Assembly (NCBI GenBank): GCA_965249275.1
Contig: CBDFLQ010000006.1
Coordinates: forward strand, 576,001-640,000
Direction: 5' to 3'
DNA length: 64,000 nt
Source of the DNA: Dehalococcoidia bacterium
Lineage (GTDB): Bacteria; Chloroflexota; Dehalococcoidia; Plut-88900
The notes under the pieces are model-generated. The model had not been told where the DNA came from, ran no database searches, and saw nothing but the letters and a program-made list of their open reading frames with translations. Both the position numbers and the translations under genes were made by a program. This document shows, piece by piece, positions 48,172 through 58,198 of the stretch. The stretch's first letter is position 1. Each line of letters begins with the position of its first letter.

Positions 48172-49515
48172 ATGCAGCAGACCCAAACCGTATCTTCAAG
48201 ACCCAAGCTGCTCCAGGCCATGATAGACGTGGCCGGGCAGCCGGATCTGCGCGGCAAGGTTCTGTTCATGCTGGCCATCCTGGTCATCTACCGGTTCGTG
48301 GCCCACGTCCCGGTTCCCGGTATCGACGTGGACAACCTCGCGAGGTTCTTCGACCCCTCGCAGGGAAACAATCTTTCCGGGATGCTGGATCTGTTCAGCG
48401 GCGGCGCCCTCCGAAACCTCAGCGTCGCCTCCATGGGTGTCTACCCGTACATCACCGCATCCATCGTCATGCAGCTTCTAATCCCTGTCGTCCCCCGGCT
48501 GCAACAGCTTTCCAGGGAGGGCGGCGAGGCAGGACGGCAGAGGCTGAACCAGATCACTCACTGGCTGACGGTACCCATGGCACTGGCCCAGAGCTTTGGT
48601 CAGTTGGTGCTGCTGGAGCGGGGCGGTGTGCTGGAGCAGGGAATCGGGTTCACAGGCGGCCAACTTGGCCCGACCATCGCCATGATGGCCTCGATGACTG
48701 CGGGTACCATGTTCTGCGTATGGCTCGGCGAGCTGATCACCGAGCGGGGCATCGGCAACGGTATATCGCTGATTATCTTCTCAGGAATAGTCTCCGGGCT
48801 GCCGACGCTGTTGGGCCAGGCGTTCCTGCAGAGGGGAAACGTCGGCGGGCTGGTGGTCTTCTTCGCCATCGCACTCATAACGGTCTACTGCATCGTCCTC
48901 TTCACCGAAGCTCAGCGCCGGATTCCGGTACAGTACGGACGGAGCGTCTTCCGAAGCGGTAGGATGTACCGGCAGGCAGGCGCGACGCACATTCCGTTGC
49001 GGGTCAACTCCGCAGGGATGATTCCGATTATCTTCGCGTTTTCGATAATGATTTTTCCGGGGCTGGTGGCCAGCTACTTCGTCGGCTCGAACACCGGCTG
49101 GCTGACCTCAGCCGCCCGTTTCGTCGCCAATGTATTCGACACCACCGGCCTGTTCTACTGGATTATGACCTTCTTCCTGGTAGTGGCCTTCGCCTTCTTC
49201 TATTCGATCATCGTGTTCCAGCAGCAGAACATCGCCGAGAACCTGCAGAGGCAGGGCGGATTCATACCCGGCATCCGGCCCGGCAAACCCACCAACGACC
49301 ACATAACCAGGGTCCTGCTCCGGATAACGTTGGGAGGTGCGATCTTCCTGGGTATAATCGCCATCATTCCCTACTTCTCCGGGGAGTTCACCGGGGTCAA
49401 GGGCCTACAGCTTACCGGTGTGGCCATGCTTATCGCCGTCGGCGTTGTGCTTGACACCATGAGACAACTCGAGGCCCAACTTCTGATGCGCCGCTACGAG
49501 GGATTCATCCGATGA
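48172..49515 (+). CDS. secY: Preprotein translocase subunit SecY
   Basis: GVYPYITASIVMQLL, ITERGIGNGISL, FIPGIRPG, VGV.LDT. Confidence 0.98.
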   Translation: MQQTQTVSSRPKLLQAMIDVAGQPDLRGKVLFMLAILVIYRFVAHVPVPGIDVDNLARFFDPSQGNNLSGMLDLFSGGALRNLSVASMGVYPYITASIVMQLLIPVVPRLQQLSREGGEAGRQRLNQITHWLTVPMALAQSFGQLVLLERGGVLEQGIGFTGGQLGPTIAMMASMTAGTMFCVWLGELITERGIGNGISLIIFSGIVSGLPTLLGQAFLQRGNVGGLVVFFAIALITVYCIVLFTEAQRRIPVQYGRSVFRSGRMYRQAGATHIPLRVNSAGMIPIIFAFSIMIFPGLVASYFVGSNTGWLTSAARFVANVFDTTGLFYWIMTFFLVVAFAFFYSIIVFQQQNIAENLQRQGGFIPGIRPGKPTNDHITRVLLRITLGGAIFLGIIAIIPYFSGEFTGVKGLQLTGVAMLIAVGVVLDTMRQLEAQLLMRRYEGFIR

Positions 49516-50183
49516 TGTACGTGATACTTCTCGGAGGCCCCGGAGCGGGCAAGGGCACCCAGGCGGTTGGTCTTTCTTCCGCGTTAAGCGCAGCTCACGT
49601 CGCGTCGGGAGACCTGTTCCGCCGAGCGCTGGGAGAGGGCACGCCTCTCGGCCTTGAGGCCAAGTCCTACATGGACAAGGGCGAACTGGTACCCGACGAG
49701 TTGACCGTTCGGATGGTCCTCGAAAGGCTCCAGGAACCCGACTGTCAGAGAGGGGCCGTCCTGGACGGATTTCCCCGCACCCTGGCACAGGCCCAAGCGT
49801 TGGACACGGCCCTTGATACGCTGGGCAAGGGGATCGGGGCGGTGTTATATATCAAAGTCTCGGAAGAGGAGCTAATACGTCGGCTAAGTGGCAGATGGAT
49901 CTGCCGAGCCTGCCAGTCCCCATATCATGCGGTCAATTCCCCACCCAAGAGCGAGGGTGTCTGCGACCGCTGCGGAGGTGAGCTCTACCAGAGGGATGAC
50001 GACACCGAGGCCACATCTCGCAGACGGGTACAGGTCTACAAGGATCAGACCGCACCGCTCATCTCCTATTATCAGGGGCAAGGCTCGCTCATCGAGATCG
50101 ATGGAGAGCAGCCGATAGAACAGGTCGGGCAGCAAATGGCCGACTCCCTGAAAGTCCTTTCCGGGCGGGGGGCATCCCGATGA
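49512..50183 (+). CDS. adk: Adenylate kinase (Zn-lid)
   Basis: G.PGAGKGTQA, LDGFPRT, CRAC...CDRC lid. Confidence 0.97.
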   Translation: MMYVILLGGPGAGKGTQAVGLSSALSAAHVASGDLFRRALGEGTPLGLEAKSYMDKGELVPDELTVRMVLERLQEPDCQRGAVLDGFPRTLAQAQALDTALDTLGKGIGAVLYIKVSEEELIRRLSGRWICRACQSPYHAVNSPPKSEGVCDRCGGELYQRDDDTEATSRRRVQVYKDQTAPLISYYQGQGSLIEIDGEQPIEQVGQQMADSLKVLSGRGASR

Positions 50184-50977
50184 ACAAAACGTTTCTGGGA
50201 GGCTCCAGGGTCGTCATTCAGGAAGGTATGGAGATCAAGACTTCTCGGGAGCTTGAGCGGATGAAGCAGGCCGGCAAGGTGGTGGCCCACACGCTGAAAG
50301 CACTGCAAGCGGCAGTCGAGCCGGGCATCACCACAGCGGACCTGGACTTCGTTGCCCGGTCTGAGATTGCCCGGCACAGGGCCATACCGTCATTCGTCGG
50401 CTATCGGGGTTTCCCTGCAGCCGTCTGCGTATCCATCAACAATGAGATTGTCCACGGCATCCCCGGGGAGCGGGTCATCAATGAAGGAGACCTTGTCAGC
50501 GTTGACGTCGGCGCGATAGTTGATGGGTTCCACGGTGACGCCGCCGTTACCGTAGGAGCGGGAGAGATTACCGAGGAAGCTCAACGCCTCATCGATGCGA
50601 CCAGAGACTCCCTGGACTGTGGCATCGAGGCGGCGGTGATCGGTGCACGGATCGGGGACATCTCTTTTGCGGTGCAGAACCACGCCGAGGCCCTCGGTTT
50701 CTCGGTGGTCAGGGAGTACGTTGGGCACGGCATAGGGCGCAGAATGCACGAAGAGCCCTCGGTGCCGAACTATGGAAAGCCGGGGCGCGGGCTCCAGTTG
50801 AGAGAGGGAATGGCGCTGGCAATAGAGCCGATGCTCAATATAGGGGACTGGACCACGTCTCTGATGAATGACGGCTGGACTGTCGTCACACGAGATGGTA
50901 GCCTGTCTGCCCATTTCGAACACAGCATAGCGATTACGACCGAAGGCCCGATAGTAATGACCAGGTTGGACGACTAG
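50180..50977 (+). CDS. map: Methionine aminopeptidase type I
   Basis: C.SIN.EIVHGIP, D.G...D.A, GHGIG..MHEEP, AIEPM, SAHFEH. Confidence 0.97.
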   Translation: MNKTFLGGSRVVIQEGMEIKTSRELERMKQAGKVVAHTLKALQAAVEPGITTADLDFVARSEIARHRAIPSFVGYRGFPAAVCVSINNEIVHGIPGERVINEGDLVSVDVGAIVDGFHGDAAVTVGAGEITEEAQRLIDATRDSLDCGIEAAVIGARIGDISFAVQNHAEALGFSVVREYVGHGIGRRMHEEPSVPNYGKPGRGLQLREGMALAIEPMLNIGDWTTSLMNDGWTVVTRDGSLSAHFEHSIAITTEGPIVMTRLDD

Positions 50978-51006
50978 CGATAGTGAAGGGACTGCAGGGA
51001 TAGACT

Positions 51007-51240
51007 ATGGCTGAAGAGCGGACCGTGCAGAAAGAGAAGATAGAGGTCGAGGGCCGGATCGTCGAGACTCTGCCCAACGGCATGTTCACCGTGGAGCTGG
51101 CCAACGGACACCAAGTGCTTGCCCACGTATCGGGCAAGATGCGCATTCATTTCATCAGGATCCTCCTCGGGGACCGGGTGCTTGTAGAGCTTTCGCCCTA
51201 CGACCTGAGTCGGGGACGGATCACCTATCGGTTCAAGTAG
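51007..51240 (+). CDS. infA: Translation initiation factor IF-1
   Basis: [36 protein letters not shown]. Confidence 0.98.
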   Translation: MAEERTVQKEKIEVEGRIVETLPNGMFTVELANGHQVLAHVSGKMRIHFIRILLGDRVLVELSPYDLSRGRITYRFK

Positions 51241-51254
51241 GAGACGTAAGCGGG

Positions 51255-51368
51255 ATGAAAGTCAGGGCTTCGGTAAAGAAACTTTGCGACAAGTGCAAGA
51301 TTGTACGCCGTCACGGGACGCTGCGGGTAATCTGCGAGGTGCCGAAGCACAAGCAGAGGCAGGGATAG
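51255..51368 (+). CDS. rpmJ: 50S ribosomal protein L36 (not in ORF track)
   Basis: [37 protein letters not shown]. Confidence 0.97.
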   Translation: MKVRASVKKLCDKCKIVRRHGTLRVICEVPKHKQRQG

Positions 51369-51410
51369 CCGTCTTAAGACGGCCTATATTGAGTTAATGC
51401 GGAGGATGTT

Positions 51411-51794
51411 ATGCCAAGAGTAGCAGGCGTGGATATCCCTAACGAAAAGAGATTCGATATTGCGTTGACCGCAATATACGGCGTGGGCCTGACCACCGCC
51501 GGGAAGGTTGCGGCGGCCGCACAGATAGACCCGGACTCCAAAGTCCGTGACCTCTCCGAGGACGATCTCAATCGCGTCAGAGAAGTCATCGACAAGGAAT
51601 ATCTGGTAGAGGGAGACCTTCGGCGCCAGATCCAGCAGAACATCCGCCGCCTGGTAGAGGTAAACACCTACCGCGGCATCAGGCACCGACGCGGGCTGCC
51701 GGTTCACGGACAGCGGACTAAGACCAACGCCAGGACCAAGAGAGGCGCTAGAAGAACGGTCGCAGGTCGCAGGCAAGTACGGGCCAAGAAATAG
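51411..51794 (+). CDS. rpsM: 30S ribosomal protein S13
   Basis: [31 protein letters not shown]. Confidence 0.98.
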   Translation: MPRVAGVDIPNEKRFDIALTAIYGVGLTTAGKVAAAAQIDPDSKVRDLSEDDLNRVREVIDKEYLVEGDLRRQIQQNIRRLVEVNTYRGIRHRRGLPVHGQRTKTNARTKRGARRTVAGRRQVRAKK

Positions 51795-51805
51795 CAGAGG
51801 TAAAA

Positions 51806-52195
51806 ATGGCGAAGCAGAAGGGAAGGTCCAGACGGAGAGAGAAGAAGTTCGTGCCCGTGGGCCGGGCTTACATCCAGTCTACCTTCAACAACACCAAGAT
51901 AACGCTCACCGACCCGAATGGGAACGTCATAGCCTGGGGCAGCTCCGGGACAATGGGGTTCAAGGGTTCCCGCAAAGGCACCGCCTTCGCCGCACAGAGG
52001 GCGGGGGACCAGGCGGCCCGAAAGGGTACCGACCAGGGACTGCGGGAGGTGGAGGTCTTCGTCAGGGGACCGGGGAGCGGCCGGGAAGCCGCTATCCGAT
52101 CCCTATCCGCGGCAGGCATCCATATAGTCAGTATCAGGGACGTCACGCCAATTCCCCACAATGGCTGCCGCCCCCCCAAGCGAAGGCGCATTTAG
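51806..52195 (+). CDS. rpsK: 30S ribosomal protein S11
   Basis: [37 protein letters not shown]. Confidence 0.98.
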   Translation: MAKQKGRSRRREKKFVPVGRAYIQSTFNNTKITLTDPNGNVIAWGSSGTMGFKGSRKGTAFAAQRAGDQAARKGTDQGLREVEVFVRGPGSGREAAIRSLSAAGIHIVSIRDVTPIPHNGCRPPKRRRI

Positions 52196-52210
52196 CACGG
52201 AGGAGACCCC

Positions 52211-52837
52211 TTGGCTCGTTACACTGGTCCCGTTTGCAGACTGTGCAGAAGGCAGGGCGAAAAGCTCTTCCTAAAGGGTGATCGCTGCCTGACACCCAAG
52301 TGCGCCATCGAGCGCCGGATCGGGCCTCCAGGCCAGCGGGGCACCCGCAGGCGAAGAGTCTCGGAGAGAGGGTTGCAGCTCAGAGAGAAGCAGAAGGTGA
52401 AGCACACCTACGGCCTGGTCGAAAAGCAGCTTTTTCGCCACTTCAGCGCCGCCCGGGAACAGCCGGGGGTCACTGGTGATAACTTCCTCAAGATCCTGGA
52501 GAGCAGGCTCGACAACGTGGTGTTCAGGCTTGGATTTGCGAGCTCTCGGAACCAGGCCCGCCAAGTCGTCAGGCACGGCCACATCACGGTGAACGGCACG
52601 CCCACTAACATTCCTTCCTACCTGCTCAAAGTGAGCGACCAAATCGGGTGGACGGGCCGAGGCCGCAAGTCCGAGCACTTCAAGTTCATGGAGGCTGAGA
52701 TCCGTGGAAAGCCAATCCCTGAGTGGCTTAGCGTCGATCCCCAAGCCATGGCTGGCCGGGTCCTGACCATACCTACAAGAGAGCTAGTTGGCTCCCGGGT
52801 CGATGACCGGCTAATCATCGAATACTACTCACGGTAG
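52211..52837 (+). CDS. rpsD: 30S ribosomal protein S4 (Zn-type)
   Basis: MARYTGPVCRLCRR, QLREKQK, LESRLDNVVFRLG, IIEYYSR. Confidence 0.98.
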   Translation: MARYTGPVCRLCRRQGEKLFLKGDRCLTPKCAIERRIGPPGQRGTRRRRVSERGLQLREKQKVKHTYGLVEKQLFRHFSAAREQPGVTGDNFLKILESRLDNVVFRLGFASSRNQARQVVRHGHITVNGTPTNIPSYLLKVSDQIGWTGRGRKSEHFKFMEAEIRGKPIPEWLSVDPQAMAGRVLTIPTRELVGSRVDDRLIIEYYSR

Positions 52838-52867
52838 AAGCCGTTCTATTTCGGAGAACCTGTCCAA

Positions 52868-53947
52868 ATGATGGATATATACAGCGAACCGTTCCAGGCC
52901 AGTGATGCCCTGGTCGGCATCGCCAACCCTGAAATTCAGATACTGGAAGACCAGGCGACCTACGGCCGGTTTAGCGTAGAGCCACTCGAAAGAGGTCTCG
53001 GGACCACCATCGGCAACTCAGTCCGAAGGGTGCTTCTCAGCTCCATAGAGAGCGCTGCAATTACCTGGGTGAAGATTCAGGGCATTCAGCACGAATACTC
53101 CACGATCACTCACGTCACGGAGGACGTCACCGAATTCCTGCTCAACGTCAAGGGAATACGGCTGAAGTCCAATTCAGACCAGCCCGGAAGGCTATTCCTT
53201 GACGTGGAAGGTGAGAGAGAAGTCATGGCGGGAGACATTAGCCCCGCGGCAGAGTACGAGGTCGCTAACTCCGACCTGCACCTCGCCACTATGGATTCCG
53301 AAGAGGCTGCCCTCTCAGTTGAATTCAACGTAGAGAGGGGTCGCGGCTACATGGCTGCCGCAAACATTGACGGCCTGCCCATCGGCGCCCTGCCCGTGGA
53401 CGCAATTTTCACCCCCGTTCGCAAGGTGAACTTCAAAGTAGAGCCCATCAGGATCGGCCCCTACATGGGCAAGGAACGTGTGGTCCTGGACACTTGGACC
53501 GACGGTACAATACGTCCGGTGCAGGCCCTGCAGGAAGCCGGGGATGCTCTGATAAATTACTTCTCCCTCTTCGCCAACCTGGGCAAGTCCCTCGCCTCCT
53601 CGGATGGGCGTTACCTCGACATACCGGCAGAACATTACGCTATGACCCTGGAGAGTCTTCAGCTTCCGGCCAGGATATTCAACTGCCTGGACAGGGAAGG
53701 CCTGAAAAATGTCGGGGAAGTGCTTGAGAAGGGCGAAGAAGAGCTGCTCCAGATCAGGAACTTCGGTGAGAAGTCACTGAGTGAACTGTACGAGGTGCTG
53801 ATGGACCACGGTGTGGATGTGGCATCCATACTGGCCCAGACCGCCCAGCCCTTTGTACCGCCGACTCCGGAGGTCCCGGAAGAGGCGGAGGAAGAGCCCT
53901 CTCTGGAAGAAGTGGACGTGCCGGCAACGGTCGAAGAAACCGAATAG
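52868..53947 (+). CDS. rpoA: RNA polymerase alpha subunit
   Basis: [39 protein letters not shown]. Confidence 0.97.
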   Translation: MMDIYSEPFQASDALVGIANPEIQILEDQATYGRFSVEPLERGLGTTIGNSVRRVLLSSIESAAITWVKIQGIQHEYSTITHVTEDVTEFLLNVKGIRLKSNSDQPGRLFLDVEGEREVMAGDISPAAEYEVANSDLHLATMDSEEAALSVEFNVERGRGYMAAANIDGLPIGALPVDAIFTPVRKVNFKVEPIRIGPYMGKERVVLDTWTDGTIRPVQALQEAGDALINYFSLFANLGKSLASSDGRYLDIPAEHYAMTLESLQLPARIFNCLDREGLKNVGEVLEKGEEELLQIRNFGEKSLSELYEVLMDHGVDVASILAQTAQPFVPPTPEVPEEAEEEPSLEEVDVPATVEETE

Positions 53948-53957
53948 AAACACCAAG

Positions 53958-54311
53958 ATGAGACACAGGAAATCGGGTCGCAAGTTAGGACGCAAGTCGG
54001 ACCACCGGAAAGCCCTGTACAGGAACCTGGTCACCGACCTGCTGCGCAACGAGCACCTATCAACAACCGAGGCAAAAGCCAAAGAGATCAAGGGCATCGC
54101 CGAGAAGATTATTACCCTCGGCAAGAGGGAAGACCTCCACGCCCGTCGTCAGGCCCTGTCCTACGTGGCCGACAAGAAAGTGGTATCCAAGGTCTTCGAT
54201 GAACTGGGCCCGCGGTTCTCGGAGAGGCCCGGCGGGTACACGCGGATGGTCAAGCTCGGGCCCAGGCTGGGCGACGCAGCGCCAATGGCGCGCCTCGAAC
54301 TGGTCGAGTGA
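53958..54311 (+). CDS. rplQ: 50S ribosomal protein L17
   Basis: [29 protein letters not shown]; true ATG at 53958. Confidence 0.98.
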   Translation: MRHRKSGRKLGRKSDHRKALYRNLVTDLLRNEHLSTTEAKAKEIKGIAEKIITLGKREDLHARRQALSYVADKKVVSKVFDELGPRFSERPGGYTRMVKLGPRLGDAAPMARLELVE

Positions 54312-54324
54312 TTACAAACGGTCA

Positions 54325-55167
54325 ATGACACACGCGGAAGCAAACACAACCCAGAGCGGCGATCTCAGAAGGATCGCTTTGCAGCTGGAATATGACGGTA
54401 CTCGCTACCAGGGGTTCCAGTGGCAGCCTTACGCGCCTACCATCCAGTCCGCACTGGAACTCGCCATCGAGAAGACAACCGGCGAAAAGGTCCGGGTCTT
54501 GGGTGCGGGGCGGACCGACTCTGGAGTACACGCTCGGGGCCAGGTAGCCGCATTCCTTATCAGTTCGGTGCTCTCTGCCGAAACTCTGCTACACGCTCTC
54601 AACCATTACCTGGATGACGACATCTCAGTGCACCGGGCCGCCGAGGCGGACTTGGGATTCGATCCCCGGTATGACGCCGTGTCCCGACGCTATCACTACT
54701 CTATTTTGAACAGCCCAACACGCTCACCCCTGCAGCGAGGTCACACGTGCCACGTAAGAGGCAATCTGGACGTAAGCATGATGGATCGGGCAGCTGGGCA
54801 CTTGGTGGGCTCGCACGATTTCGCTTCCTTTTCCAGGGTCCCACAGGTACCTGGCGCCTCGACTACCCGCCAGATGACGGAGGTATCCGTCTCTAGGCAG
54901 GGTAAGTTGGTAATTCTGGAGATGGAGGGCAACGCCTTCCTTACCCATCAGGTTCGACGCACTGCCGGTGCGCTTGTAGAGGTGGGACTAGGCCGCATGA
55001 CCATTAAGGAATTCCGAGACCTGGTAGACAATCCGAAACCCGGGACCGCGGGCCCCACCCTGTCTCCCGCGGGTCTGTGCCTGGAAGCCGTTCGGTACCC
55101 GGCCCACGCTGACCCTTTCTTATCTGAAACTATGTTAAAGGCCGAATTCTCGGCCATGATTATCTAA
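54325..55167 (+). CDS. truA: tRNA pseudouridine(38-40) synthase
   Basis: YDGT.Y.GFQ.Q, AGRTDSGVHA.GQ, G.HDF.SF, GL.L..V.Y. Confidence 0.96.
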   Translation: MTHAEANTTQSGDLRRIALQLEYDGTRYQGFQWQPYAPTIQSALELAIEKTTGEKVRVLGAGRTDSGVHARGQVAAFLISSVLSAETLLHALNHYLDDDISVHRAAEADLGFDPRYDAVSRRYHYSILNSPTRSPLQRGHTCHVRGNLDVSMMDRAAGHLVGSHDFASFSRVPQVPGASTTRQMTEVSVSRQGKLVILEMEGNAFLTHQVRRTAGALVEVGLGRMTIKEFRDLVDNPKPGTAGPTLSPAGLCLEAVRYPAHADPFLSETMLKAEFSAMII

Positions 55168-55188
55168 CAGCAAAGCGATACTGAGAAA

Positions 55189-55971
55189 ATGGCAACACTT
55201 ACGAAGAATATAACGGCGACGGCAACGGCAAACGACCTTCGGCCCCGATGGCACGTCCTGGACGCCCAGGGGCAAGTCCTGGGTCGGCTGTCCGTGCAGG
55301 TAGCCCACCTGCTAAAGGGCAAACACAAGCCCAACTACTCTCCCCACATGCTCACCGGCGATTTCGTGATAGTGATCAACGCCGGCAAGGTGCGGGTCAC
55401 GGGGCGCAAGGCCGAGCAAAAGGTCTACTACAGCCATTCCCAATACCCCGGCGGGCTCAAGGAAGTGCCCTACGAAAGTATGATGGCCAAGCACCCGACC
55501 CGGGTAGTGGAACACGCCGTGAAAGGCATGCTCCCCCACAACCGGCTGGGCCGACAGATGTTTAGACGTCTGAAGGTCTATGAGGGCGCCGAACATCCCC
55601 ACGAGTCCCAGGTGGCCGACAGCCTAAATGCCCTGGAGAAAGATCGCGAAGAGGGCGTCGTTTGGCTTGGACTGCCCAAACCGCAGTACAAGAAACGGAT
55701 TCGCAAGGCAAAGGAATCCTCCGAAGCTCCGGCCCCGGCCACCGAAGAAGCCCCGGCGGACGCCGTGACACCCGAGGAGCCGACCGCCGAGGCAGAACCT
55801 GTAACGAGCGACGCCGAGCCGGTCGTAGAGGCAGAGGACTCGGTGGAAGAAGCCGAGCCCGCTGCAGAGATGGCGGCCGAGGTAGTCGACTCTGAACCAG
55901 TCGCCGAGGTAGAGGCGGCAGAAGCCTCGGAGACCGAGCCCACAGAAGAAGATAAGGAGCGGGGCGCTTAG
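55189..55971 (+). CDS. rplM: 50S ribosomal protein L13 with long acidic C-terminal extension
   Basis: W.V.DA....LGRL, GKHKP.Y.PH, GD.VIVINA, AVKGMLP, LKVY.G..HPH; about 120 extra aa. Confidence 0.97.
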   Translation: MATLTKNITATATANDLRPRWHVLDAQGQVLGRLSVQVAHLLKGKHKPNYSPHMLTGDFVIVINAGKVRVTGRKAEQKVYYSHSQYPGGLKEVPYESMMAKHPTRVVEHAVKGMLPHNRLGRQMFRRLKVYEGAEHPHESQVADSLNALEKDREEGVVWLGLPKPQYKKRIRKAKESSEAPAPATEEAPADAVTPEEPTAEAEPVTSDAEPVVEAEDSVEEAEPAAEMAAEVVDSEPVAEVEAAEASETEPTEEDKERGA

Positions 55972-55987
55972 CCCCCGGGAGAGGCCG

Positions 55988-56383
55988 TTGACAGAGCAAA
56001 GATATTTTTACGCCATTGGCAAACGCAAAGAGGCCGTGGCCCGGATCAGGTTGTTCCCCGGCAACGGTGCAATAATCGTCAATGGCAAGCCCATGAACGA
56101 ATTGTTCACTCTCCGGACGCTCCAGCAGGTCATTCATGAGCCGTTCGCAACCACCGGCCTCACCAACAATTACAGCGTTTCGGTCAAGGTCGCCGGTGGT
56201 GGGATAGCGGGACAAGCCCATGCTATCAGGCACGGCATATCCCGCGCCCTCCTGGTCGCCAACGAAGAACTGAGGCCCGTGCTCCGCAAGGCCGGCCTCC
56301 TGACTCGGGACGCCCGCGTTAAGGAACGGAAAAAGTACGGCCTGAAGAGAGCCCGAAAGGCGCCTCAGTACACGAAGCGGTAA
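55988..56383 (+). CDS. rpsI: 30S ribosomal protein S9
   Basis: GKRK.AVAR, GGG..GQA.A.RHG, ERKKYGL..ARKAPQYTKR. Confidence 0.98.
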   Translation: MTEQRYFYAIGKRKEAVARIRLFPGNGAIIVNGKPMNELFTLRTLQQVIHEPFATTGLTNNYSVSVKVAGGGIAGQAHAIRHGISRALLVANEELRPVLRKAGLLTRDARVKERKKYGLKRARKAPQYTKR

Positions 56384-56405
56384 CGAACAAAGAGCCCAAA
56401 GAAGA

Positions 56406-56443
56406 AGGACGGCCCGACGCATGCGTCGGGCCGTCCTCTTTTT
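56406..56443 (+). terminator. Intrinsic terminator of the ribosomal superoperon (likely bidirectional)
   Basis: Perfect 32-bp palindrome AGGACGGCCCGACGCA|TGCGTCGGGCCGTCCT followed by CTTTTT. Confidence 0.9.
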
Positions 56444-56485
56444 ATCAAGTGGAGCCGTTAGCGAGGATGAGTTCCTCGGGTAGGT

Positions 56486-56896
56486 TTAGCGGAAGTTGTT
56501 CTTGAGGGCCTCCAGGGCCGCAACGCAACAGGCGACGTCCTGTTCATTCGAAGCGCCTGCAGCGGCTATTCCACCCACGATCTCTCCGCCAATCTCGATG
56601 GGCATTTCTCCGTCAGCGGGGACTATCTTGCCCTGGGTAGAGATAACCATGCTCTGAAACCAGGGCCTGCCTACCATTGTCATTATCTTAGCTCCTTCCG
56701 CCCCGAACATGACCGCCGTATAGGCCATGTTTATCGCTTCGTCGGCGGACAGGGGCAGGGCGCCGTCCATCCTGGAGACAGTTAGGGTGTATCCCCCATT
56801 ATCTACTACGGCTACACTCACAGAGCAGCCTATTGCAACGGCCTTGGCCTTGGCGGCATCTGCCATCTTCTCGGCTACATCAAGGGATAGCGGCAT
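56486..56896 (-). CDS. GlcG/HbpS-family (DUF336) protein, divergent
   Basis: VSVAVVD.GG, RMDGA, AYTA, PI...GE.VG.I, E.D. Confidence 0.88.
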   Translation of the reverse strand: MPLSLDVAEKMADAAKAKAVAIGCSVSVAVVDNGGYTLTVSRMDGALPLSADEAINMAYTAVMFGAEGAKIMTMVGRPWFQSMVISTQGKIVPADGEMPIEIGGEIVGGIAAAGASNEQDVACCVAALEALKNNFR

Positions 56897-56970
56897 ATAT
56901 CATCCCTCCTCTAAGTTTCCTGTAAGGATATCAGGACACGGGGCTGCTATGTTGTAGCGACTTGGTGTAT

Positions 56971-58164
56971 TTATCCTCGGGGCAGTCCCAGGCCTCTACG
57001 GGCAATGATCCCCCGCTGTATCTCCGAGGTTCCACCCGCTATGGTCTGCGATATCGAAAGCAAATAGTCCCTTTGGAACCGACCTTTGAACACTTCCCAC
57101 GCCGACCCGGGGCCCAGTTGACCGTGGAGGCCGAGCACCCACAATATGGTATTGGCAAGCTTCTGGGCGCTCTCGGTGAGGATTAACTTGCACATTGAGG
57201 CCTCGGCGTTGGGCACGAGGCCCTGGCCCTGCATCGAAGCCACCCGGTAGGCCATCCATCGCCCCACCTCAATGTTTATGGCCGCGTCTGCCAGCCTGTT
57301 CCTGACGGACTCATCCGCATTCAAGGCCGGCCTTCGAGACCCGGACCTGCCCAGGTGAGCGGCTATTTCGTCCAGGTGACGCCTCTGGATGGCGGCATCT
57401 CTTATGTGCGATCTTTCGAAATCCAGGGCCACGGCAACGTAGTACCAACCCATGTTCTCTTCCCCCACCAGGTTGGCCTTCGGCACGCGGACGTTTTCGA
57501 AGAATATCTCGTTGAAGTGATGAGAATTGGCCATATTCACGATTGGGTCGATAGTGACACCCGGCGTCCTTAGGTCCACCAGTACCAGGCTTATCCCCTT
57601 GTGCTTGGGCGCCGAGGGATCCGTGCGAACGGCGAGCCAGCACCAGTCCATCGCGTGGCCGCCGCTGTTCCACGTCTTTTGCCCATTGACCACGTAGTGG
57701 TCGCCATCAGAGAGGGCCTCCGTCTGCAGAGAGGCGAGGTCGGATCCCGAGTCAGGCTCGCTGTATCCCGTGCACCAGAACCTCTCCCCTGCGCCTATGT
57801 AGGGGATTTGCTCCTTCTTCTGCTCCTCGGTGCCGTAGATCATGAGCGTGGGCCCGACCCAACCTATCCCCCCGACTCCCATGTCCAGGGTGGCAGGAGG
57901 GACCATGTTGTAGGCCATCTCTTCCTGGTAGACGACCTGCTCCATCATCGGGCGGTCCTGGCCACCGTATTCCTTGGGCCAGGCCAGGGTCAACCAACCC
58001 TTGTTAGCCAGGGTCTTGGCCATGCGTCGGGTGAACTCCAGGCCTTCGCCCTCGTACTCGTCGCCTTCCTCCAGCCCCTCCCAGTCGTCGGGCAGTTCCT
58101 GTTTAAGGAAACCTCTTATCTGCTGGCGGAACGCCTCTTCTTTTTGCGTGAAGGCTAACTGCAT
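56971..58164 (-). CDS. Acyl-CoA dehydrogenase
   Basis: WP.EYGG, GYSEPDSGSDLASL, NGQKTW.S, F.E.FF.NVRVP, IAGGTSEIQR.IIA.R.LGLPR. Confidence 0.95.
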   Translation of the reverse strand: MQLAFTQKEEAFRQQIRGFLKQELPDDWEGLEEGDEYEGEGLEFTRRMAKTLANKGWLTLAWPKEYGGQDRPMMEQVVYQEEMAYNMVPPATLDMGVGGIGWVGPTLMIYGTEEQKKEQIPYIGAGERFWCTGYSEPDSGSDLASLQTEALSDGDHYVVNGQKTWNSGGHAMDWCWLAVRTDPSAPKHKGISLVLVDLRTPGVTIDPIVNMANSHHFNEIFFENVRVPKANLVGEENMGWYYVAVALDFERSHIRDAAIQRRHLDEIAAHLGRSGSRRPALNADESVRNRLADAAINIEVGRWMAYRVASMQGQGLVPNAEASMCKLILTESAQKLANTILWVLGLHGQLGPGSAWEVFKGRFQRDYLLSISQTIAGGTSEIQRGIIARRGLGLPRG

Positions 58165-58198
58165 GGCTCCTCCGTCCGGGTCTACACGGTGTTAACTG

